Source: a virus | Lineage: Duplodnaviria > Heunggongvirae > Uroviricota > Caudoviricetes | DNA: 64,000 nt | Strand: one strand, 5' to 3' | Virus record (IMG/VR): IMGVR_UViG_3300046355_000236 | Shown: positions 57,836-64,000 of the stretch, one piece after another | Numbering within the stretch: position 1 is the stretch's first letter | Layout: each line of letters opens with the position of its first letter | Translations under genes and position numbers: made by a program | Notes under the pieces: generated by a model | What the model was told of the DNA's origin: nothing | Seen by the model: the letters and a program-made list of their open reading frames with translations, nothing else | Database searches by the model: none

Positions 57836-58353
57836 TTTTAGAACTTGTGGGATCTGATGATCCCATCCTGTCACAGAAGACAGAACTCTTTGACTTCTCG
57901 AAACCACCAACAGACCCCCAACAACTAGCACGTGATCTCTATGAGACGATGCTACAGCATAAGGGACTAGGACTTGCAGCACCACAAGTAGGGTTGCCAT
58001 ATCGTGCGTTTGCATTGTATGCTGTTCCTGGTATTGTTTGTTTCAATCCACGTATCGTGGATGAGACGACAGAGCAAATTATGTTGGAAGAGGGATGTCT
58101 TTCCTTCCCACACTTATTTCTCAAAGTCAAACGCCCTCGTAGAATCAAGGTTCGTTATCTTGAGCCAGATGGCAATCCTGTTACAAAGGTGTTGGATGGG
58201 ATGAGTGCTCGTTGCTTTATGCATGAACTCGATCACCTCAACGGTATCACATACACACGTAAAGCAAACAAGATCCACCTGGATCGTGCTATGCGTAAGA
58301 AGAAAGAACTTGACCGTCTGGTCAAAAAAGCTGAGTCGAAAGGTATATTATGA
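57832..58353 (+). CDS. def: Peptide deformylase
   Basis: GLGLAAPQVG, EGCLS, HELDHLNG motifs. Confidence 0.95.
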   Translation: MILELVGSDDPILSQKTELFDFSKPPTDPQQLARDLYETMLQHKGLGLAAPQVGLPYRAFALYAVPGIVCFNPRIVDETTEQIMLEEGCLSFPHLFLKVKRPRRIKVRYLEPDGNPVTKVLDGMSARCFMHELDHLNGITYTRKANKIHLDRAMRKKKELDRLVKKAESKGIL

Positions 58354-59108
58354 ATGTTGTGATTTTTGGTAAGGGCAAGGTCGGTATGGCAACTGATCTT
58401 ACACTGAAAACCAATGCTGATTTCCACGATCCCTATAAGGGATCCTTTATTACCGACTTCGAGAAGTATGATATGGCAATTATTTGCGTCTCTTCTCTGA
58501 ATAACGGTCCATATGACCACCAATCAATTACAGAATGTTTGGTGCAGTTGAGCAATGCAAAATTCCAAGGGTTAGTTGCAATTCGTTGCACCGTAGCTCC
58601 TGTGTTCTTGACTACATGGGCAACACAATTCCCTGAATTGAAGTTGATCCATTTCCCCGAGTTTATGAAGCAGGGAGATGATGACTATCTGGACAGACCA
58701 TGGATTCTTGTGCTGGGTGGTAATGAAGAATACACAAAGCCGTTCGGTGAGTGGATTCTTGAACATGGATATGGTACACGTGAAATGTTGCACTTCTGTA
58801 CTCTCGTCGAAAGTGCACTGATTAAACTGCACCAGAATGCTGGTCTTGCTTTGAAGGTTGTGTATGCTAACATCATGTATGAAACTTGTGAGGCATATGG
58901 TGCCGACTATGAAAAAGTACGTCAGGGTGTTGCTGCTGATGTTCGTGTTGGTCCTGGTCATCTCCAAGTACCTGGAGAGCATGGGTATGGATTTAATGGT
59001 CACTGTCTTCCAAAAGATCTGAGATGTCTCAATGAGGTTGCCGTCAACCGTGGTTTCTGGGATAATATCCTCCGTGTCAATGAACAGTTGAAGGCAAAGA
59101 ATGTCTAA
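58350..59108 (+). CDS. UDP-glucose/GDP-mannose dehydrogenase-family protein (lacking C-terminal domain)
   Basis: GKGKVG Rossmann loop, CTV.P, PEF..QG, K...N..LA.KV..AN, G..GHCLPKD (catalytic Cys). Confidence 0.8.
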   Translation: MNVVIFGKGKVGMATDLTLKTNADFHDPYKGSFITDFEKYDMAIICVSSLNNGPYDHQSITECLVQLSNAKFQGLVAIRCTVAPVFLTTWATQFPELKLIHFPEFMKQGDDDYLDRPWILVLGGNEEYTKPFGEWILEHGYGTREMLHFCTLVESALIKLHQNAGLALKVVYANIMYETCEAYGADYEKVRQGVAADVRVGPGHLQVPGEHGYGFNGHCLPKDLRCLNEVAVNRGFWDNILRVNEQLKAKNV

Positions 59109-60009
59109 AAAATACGCATACTCCGAAATCTTTCACTCTATTCAGGGTGAAGGTGCATACACAGGTCGACCAACAGCATGGTTGCGTTTCTTCCTGTGCA
59201 ACTTGCAATGTGATGGATTCGGTCAAAAGGATCCTACAAACCCAGATACATATGTTCTTCCATATAAGGAAATCAAGGTAGAAGACATTAAACGTCTTGA
59301 AGACTTACCTGTGTGGAAGTTTGGTTGTGATTCGTCTTATTCATGGTCTGCTAAATTCAAACATTTGCAGCACAAACATACAGCAGAAGAGATCTGCGGT
59401 CGTATTCGCGAATCGATGTATCATCCTGCCAACCCAAATGGCAAATTTAATAAACTAGACGGCACGATGCAGCATATGTGTTTCACTGGCGGTGAGCCAT
59501 TGATGAAGCACTCACAACTAGCAACGATTGATATTATTGACCACTTTGTTACAGAGGGTGACTATCCGTTGTTTATGACATGGGAAACGAATGGTACACA
59601 GGAGCTGACATCTGAGTTTACATCGTACTTCGAATCTTATCCTGGTGAGAAGTTCTTCTCTGTGTCACCAAAGCTGCATACCACCTCAGGTGAGAAGCCA
59701 GAAGATGCGATTAAACCAGAGATTGTAAAGACATATGAAAACCTTTCACCTCACGGACAATTAAAGTTCGTTGTGAATGGTACAATAGAATCGTGGAATG
59801 AGCTCGAACTAACAGTCGAGAAATTCCGTGAAGCAGGCGTGACTTATCCTGTTTGGGTAATGGGTGTGGGTGCCACACTTGAAGCACAAAAGGGAACCGA
59901 AGCTGGATATATTGGCGAAGCTCATATTGCAACAGAAGCATATAAGCGAGGCTATAACTATTCCTCACGTGTGCACGTGCACATTTGGGGTAACACAATG
60001 GGAACCTAA
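59101..60009 (+). CDS. queE: 7-carboxy-7-deazaguanine synthase (radical SAM)
   Basis: YSEIF.SIQGEG.YTG, CNLQC.GF...CDS, FTGGEP, ETNGT, SPKL motifs. Confidence 0.9.
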   Translation: MSKKYAYSEIFHSIQGEGAYTGRPTAWLRFFLCNLQCDGFGQKDPTNPDTYVLPYKEIKVEDIKRLEDLPVWKFGCDSSYSWSAKFKHLQHKHTAEEICGRIRESMYHPANPNGKFNKLDGTMQHMCFTGGEPLMKHSQLATIDIIDHFVTEGDYPLFMTWETNGTQELTSEFTSYFESYPGEKFFSVSPKLHTTSGEKPEDAIKPEIVKTYENLSPHGQLKFVVNGTIESWNELELTVEKFREAGVTYPVWVMGVGATLEAQKGTEAGYIGEAHIATEAYKRGYNYSSRVHVHIWGNTMGT

Positions 60010-60010
60010 A

Positions 60011-60529
60011 ATGAAAGCAGAAGATACAGGGCGCTCTGTGCGCCAGTACAAGTTTACCTCGACGAAGGAATATATTGATGCATTTCCTGTCGCATACCGC
60101 CAGTGGAGAGCTGATAGCCATTGCAACTTGATTCATGGTTACAGCTTTTCGATGAAATTCTATTTCGGTACAGATGATCTGGACGTTCGTAACTGGGCAG
60201 CTGATTATGGTGGCTTGAAAGAGTTGAAGGGTGTACTCGAAGATCAATTCGATCATACATTGCTCGTTGCAGAAGATGATCCTGAGTTGGAAACATACAA
60301 ACTACTGCAAGAAAAGAAGATGGCAAAGTTGACCATTCTTCCACGTCTGGGTTGCGAAGGACTTGCAGACCAGTTGTATAAGTTTGTCAACGGTGTCTAC
60401 ATTCCTGACTACTGGGGTCCTGCAGAAGCTAAGCGTCTGTGGTGCTACAAAGTCGAAGTGCGTGAGACACAAGCGAACATGGCTTTCCGTGAAGGACATC
60501 GCGAGTGGAATGAGGATCTGTTCGCATAA
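60011..60529 (+). CDS. queD: 6-carboxy-tetrahydropterin synthase
   Basis: AYRQW.A.SHC..IHGY, FDHT.L.A.DDP, V.V.ET motifs. Start placed at ATG 60011. Confidence 0.85.
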   Translation: MKAEDTGRSVRQYKFTSTKEYIDAFPVAYRQWRADSHCNLIHGYSFSMKFYFGTDDLDVRNWAADYGGLKELKGVLEDQFDHTLLVAEDDPELETYKLLQEKKMAKLTILPRLGCEGLADQLYKFVNGVYIPDYWGPAEAKRLWCYKVEVRETQANMAFREGHREWNEDLFA

Positions 60530-61320
60530 TGAAAAGAATCCTTATCATGGGTCTGCCTGGTGCAGGTAAGACCTATCTCGCTCAACATATCCTCGACCAC
60601 CTCCAACACGAAAAGAAAAAGGTTGGGTGGTTGAACGCTGATGACGTTCGTAGAAAGTATGATGATTGGGATTTTAGTTATGAAGGTCGGATCCGTCAAA
60701 GTAAAAGAATGCGTGACCTAGCAGATAACATGACCGATATGGATTATGTCATTTGCGATTTTGTTGCTCCTTTAGTCGAAATGCGTAACAACTTCAAGGC
60801 CGATTGGACCATTTGGGTAGATACCATTCGCGAAGGCCGATATGCTGACACAAATGCTATGTTTCAAGAACCTGAGCAGTATGATTTTCGTGTGACTGTT
60901 CAGAAGGGCGAGGCATGGGGTGAGCTTATTGCAGGTCACATTTTAGATGGTCGCAGACGTCCTGTATTTGATTGGAAAAAACCAACAGTACAAATGTTAG
61001 GACGCTGGCAACCCTGGCACGATGGCCACCGAGCGTTGTTTGAGCGGCTACTTAAAAAGACGGGTCAAGTAATTATTCAAGTCCGTGATGTTCAGGGATG
61101 GCAAGGAAGCAATCCATTTGACATAGCAAAAGTTAAGAGCTTTATCAAACGTGACCTCGATCCTTTATACCAAGGCCAATATGAAATTCAAATTGTTCCT
61201 AATATCATCCACATTGGATGGGGTCGAGGCGTAGGGTACACTAGTGGCGAAGAAGTTTTTGATGAAAGTGTCACTGACATCAGCGCCACTAAAATTCGAG
61301 AAGTGTTAGGATTACAATAA
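60529..61320 (+). CDS. Adenylylsulfate-kinase-like P-loop domain fused to a HIGH-type nucleotidyltransferase domain
   Basis: IMGLPGAGKT, W.NAD.VR, DFVAP; C-terminal GRWQPWHDGH (HxGH). Confidence 0.75.
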   Translation: MKRILIMGLPGAGKTYLAQHILDHLQHEKKKVGWLNADDVRRKYDDWDFSYEGRIRQSKRMRDLADNMTDMDYVICDFVAPLVEMRNNFKADWTIWVDTIREGRYADTNAMFQEPEQYDFRVTVQKGEAWGELIAGHILDGRRRPVFDWKKPTVQMLGRWQPWHDGHRALFERLLKKTGQVIIQVRDVQGWQGSNPFDIAKVKSFIKRDLDPLYQGQYEIQIVPNIIHIGWGRGVGYTSGEEVFDESVTDISATKIREVLGLQ

Positions 61321-61535
61321 TGGCATTTAAACAATTTCCATGGGTTCCGGATGGTACCTATGATTATCAAGACTTTTTAGTTCGCTATGTCGTTAAAGAT
61401 GGATGCGCAACGCGAGTTATTTCAAAGGGATGGGTTGACATTGGCGGCCCTGATGATGTACCATCTACACTTAAACAACCGTGGGGATCATTTCCAACGT
61501 TCCCACCCAAACCACCTAAGAAACAGGAGAAGTAA
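61320..61535 (+). CDS. Small hypothetical protein
   Basis: 71 aa, coupled to both neighbours by overlapping stop/start codons. Confidence 0.55.
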   Translation: MAFKQFPWVPDGTYDYQDFLVRYVVKDGCATRVISKGWVDIGGPDDVPSTLKQPWGSFPTFPPKPPKKQEK

Positions 61536-62209
61536 TGGAAAAAACTGATGCAGTGCTTGGCGAACAAGTACGTCAACACATGATTAGCGTTGGGCTTGAG
61601 ACCCCTATGATCTACGATAAAGTTCAGCAAAAGAACGAAAAGAAGATCAAGGTCATCGCCAAGCACTTCCAGGCTATTATGGAAGAACTCGGTCTGGATA
61701 TGACTGACGACTCATTGATGGATACCCCTAACCGTGTTGCAAAGATGTATACACGTGAGATCTTCTTTGGTCTGAACTACGACTTCTTCCCAAAGTGTAC
61801 AAAGATTGAAAACAAGATGGGCGAGAACAACAGCTTTGTGTTGGAGCGTAATATCAACGTCCAGTCGAACTGTGAACACCACTTTGTCGTTATTGATGGT
61901 AAGGCAACTGTTGCATACATTCCGAAGAAGACTATCCTTGGTTTGTCAAAGCTGAACCGTATCGTTCAATTCTACTCTAAGCGTCCACAAGTGCAGGAAC
62001 GACTGACGGAGCAGATTTGTGAAGCTATTAAGTTTATCACAGGATCTGATGATGTTGCTGTGTACATCGATGGTTCACACTACTGTGTTAAGTCACGTGG
62101 TATTCAAGACGTGACATCATCCACTATGACTCTTGCTACACGTGGCGCGTTTGCTGAGGTCAATTCTGAACTGCGTCGTGAGTTTTTGAACTCTGCTCGC
62201 ATGAAGTAA
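61535..62209 (+). CDS. folE: GTP cyclohydrolase I
   Basis: DDSL.DTP.RVAKMY, S.CEHH, GLSKLNR, RPQVQERLT.QI, H.CV..RG motifs. Confidence 0.96.
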   Translation: MEKTDAVLGEQVRQHMISVGLETPMIYDKVQQKNEKKIKVIAKHFQAIMEELGLDMTDDSLMDTPNRVAKMYTREIFFGLNYDFFPKCTKIENKMGENNSFVLERNINVQSNCEHHFVVIDGKATVAYIPKKTILGLSKLNRIVQFYSKRPQVQERLTEQICEAIKFITGSDDVAVYIDGSHYCVKSRGIQDVTSSTMTLATRGAFAEVNSELRREFLNSARMK

Positions 62210-62214
62210 TCACT

Positions 62215-62619
62215 ATGGCCAAGGTCTATATGATGGAGTTTACCGATAAAGTAACCGGTAAACAGTTTCATAAGTTTGGCTACACACAACACACGGATGC
62301 TTTGAAGCGTTTTAGTAATACATCTTACAATGACTTCAGCATCCGTTGCGTTGCCAGTATTCCGGGCTCGCTCGAACAAGTGCAGCTCATGGAACATTTC
62401 TTTTTGGCCGCATATCCTAAGAACATTTGGTTAGAGGATTACCTAGGCGACGAAAGAAACTGGAGCTCTTTTTCAGGCATTACGGAAATCGTAAAACTGT
62501 CCGACGAACAAAAGAAGCATGCAACCAGTACCTTCTATAACTTGAAACAACGTGTAAATGCAGTTCAAACATCCCGATTGGTCAACAATCCACCGCCCCC
62601 ATTGGAAACTGATTCTTGA
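62215..62619 (+). CDS. GIY-YIG-like nuclease-family protein
   Basis: KVY.M...KFGYT...KRF...E pattern. Confidence 0.5.
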   Translation: MAKVYMMEFTDKVTGKQFHKFGYTQHTDALKRFSNTSYNDFSIRCVASIPGSLEQVQLMEHFFLAAYPKNIWLEDYLGDERNWSSFSGITEIVKLSDEQKKHATSTFYNLKQRVNAVQTSRLVNNPPPPLETDS

Positions 62620-63160
62620 TAAACATCTCAACCTCGATTCACCGCTAGTGATGTTTGAGGTTGGTTGTTTTGAAGGTAGATCAACGGTCTGGTTTGCAGA
62701 CTATCTCAAATACAATTCTGAATCAGTGATGTATTGCATTGATAACTGGGAGGGCGGTGAAGAAGTTGAGCGAACAGGTCTCCCCTTTGCTATGGAAGAG
62801 ATCTACGACCGGTTTATGTCCAACATAAACGAACACTCGCAACGCCGACAAATTCATCCCATTCGACAAGGGTCAGAGTTAGCTCTGTCTGGATTTGCTC
62901 GTAGTCGTTTCCGCGATGCTGATTTTATCTACTTGGATGGCTCACATACACAACGTGACACGCTAGTGGATCTTGTGCATGCCCTGACGCTGCTGAAACC
63001 AGGTGGAGTAATTATTGTCGATGATTATCTGAACAACATGGCAACCAACAATCCTTTGTTACGTCCTCGTGATGCTGTTGATTTTGTTGTTCGTTCGTTC
63101 GATAATGAGATCGAGTTTTCTTTGACTGCCGAGAGGCAGGCTGTTATTATTAGAAAGTGA
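62558..63160 (+). CDS. Class I SAM-dependent methyltransferase (small-molecule/sugar O-methyltransferase-like)
   Basis: EVGCFEGRST, IDNW, DFIYLDGSH, LKPGGVIIVDDY motifs. Confidence 0.85.
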   Translation: MQFKHPDWSTIHRPHWKLILDKHLNLDSPLVMFEVGCFEGRSTVWFADYLKYNSESVMYCIDNWEGGEEVERTGLPFAMEEIYDRFMSNINEHSQRRQIHPIRQGSELALSGFARSRFRDADFIYLDGSHTQRDTLVDLVHALTLLKPGGVIIVDDYLNNMATNNPLLRPRDAVDFVVRSFDNEIEFSLTAERQAVIIRK

Positions 63161-63162
63161 AT

Positions 63163-63552
63163 ATGGAAAATAAGTCTTTTATTTGGGTTACATTTCAAAA
63201 AGAGGGTATCCATCGATATCCTGCTGCAGGTATTGATCCGAAGCTGAAAACTGGTGACTGGCTGGACGTCAGCTTCTTGTCTGTTCCACATCGTCACATC
63301 TTCCACTTCCGTGTGGAGCTTGGTGTAACACATAGTGATCGCGATGTTGAGTTTATTCAATTTAAACGCGAGCTCGAACGTCTCTACACAGACGGTACAC
63401 TCCAACTTGATTACAAATCATGTGAGATGATGGCAAACGACCTCTCTAATTACATTTTAACTAAATATCCCGATCGTCCACTACGAATAGAGGTAAGCGA
63501 AGATGGTGAAAACGGATGTAGAATGTACTACGAAGGTAAGACCGGGGCCTAA
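63163..63552 (+). CDS. Second QueD/PTPS-like T-fold protein
   Basis: EGIH.YP, HRH.FHFRV, H.DRDVEFIQFKR, SCEM.A, VSEDGENG motifs. Confidence 0.7.
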   Translation: MENKSFIWVTFQKEGIHRYPAAGIDPKLKTGDWLDVSFLSVPHRHIFHFRVELGVTHSDRDVEFIQFKRELERLYTDGTLQLDYKSCEMMANDLSNYILTKYPDRPLRIEVSEDGENGCRMYYEGKTGA

Positions 63553-64000
63553 GCCAAAATATACACAAGAAGAAGCGTATCATCGACAACTTGAGGCTAA
63601 CAAAAGATACAGACAGTCTGCAAGAGGCAAGCTTCAAAAGAAAAAAGATGATGAGAAATATGTTAAAAGTGAGCAAGGCAAACAAACTCGAAGAGCAGCT
63701 CAGGATCGTCATCGCAGGACTGATAAAGGTAAGGAAACTTATCGGAGATACTGGCAATCTGAAAAAGGGCGTGAGCTTCTTCGACAGTATTGGCAATCAC
63801 AGAGAGGTAAATCACTCTCGAGAGCAAATGCTGCGGTTCGTCGTCATTTGATACGTGCACAACGCATAAAGGATTTTTATTATGAAGAAATTAGAAAGTG
63901 GTATGCAGAGTGTCCTACAGGATTCGAAGTCGATCACATTGTGCCCATCAAGCACGTGGATGTGTGTGGACTTCATGTGCCTTGGAATTTTCAATACTTA
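63503..64000 (+). CDS. HNH endonuclease (partial, runs off window end)
   Basis: Hand translation from ATG 63503 (GAGGT RBS) is open to base 64000; basic N-terminus then GFEVDHIVPIKHVDVCGLHVPWNFQYL. Confidence 0.85.
   Translation, partial: MVKTDVECTTKVRPGPKPKYTQEEAYHRQLEANKRYRQSARGKLQKKKDDEKYVKSEQGKQTRRAAQDRHRRTDKGKETYRRYWQSEKGRELLRQYWQSQRGKSLSRANAAVRRHLIRAQRIKDFYYEEIRKWYAECPTGFEVDHIVPIKHVDVCGLHVPWNFQYL

Noticed and set aside
1-64000. tRNA, rRNA or structured ncRNA genes
   Set aside because: Intergenic gaps are nearly all under 80 nt and no cloverleaf or T-loop motif was recognised by eye; tRNAscan or Infernal would be needed to exclude them fully.

Overview
A 64-kb slice of a large T4-like myophage genome, with no tRNA, rRNA or CRISPR array seen. 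It carries almost the whole virion module: baseplate hub, wedge and spike genes, a DUF4815/VrlC-like block split into three ORFs, several tail fibre genes, neck, terminase, sheath, tube, portal, prohead and major capsid gp23. These are followed by uvsY, uvsW, gp55, gp47, gp46, peptide deformylase and a 7-deazaguanine (queE/queD/folE) cluster mixed with sugar-, sulfate- and methyl-transfer enzymes. Four observations stand out. (1) Two paralogous fibre-like genes (24629-26128, 26148-31259) have x-G-x-[Y/F] tetrapeptide tracts that are mirror-symmetric about a central turn, implying giant antiparallel hairpins; the longer one has two arms of about 650 aa with mirror-ordered 120-nt duplications. 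(2) Exposed virion segments are strongly enriched in N-X-S/T sequons, and a glycosyltransferase/2OG-oxygenase/methyltransferase cassette sits directly behind the fibres, suggesting phage-directed virion glycosylation. (3) A Hedgehog-like, non-splicing Hint domain ends a 1579-aa baseplate-associated protein. (4) A canonical T-TTT-TTC -1 frameshift site ends the gp26/gp51-like gene just upstream of a muramidase-bearing hub/tape-measure gene. All family assignments come from remembered motifs and synteny, not database searches, and all counts were made by hand.
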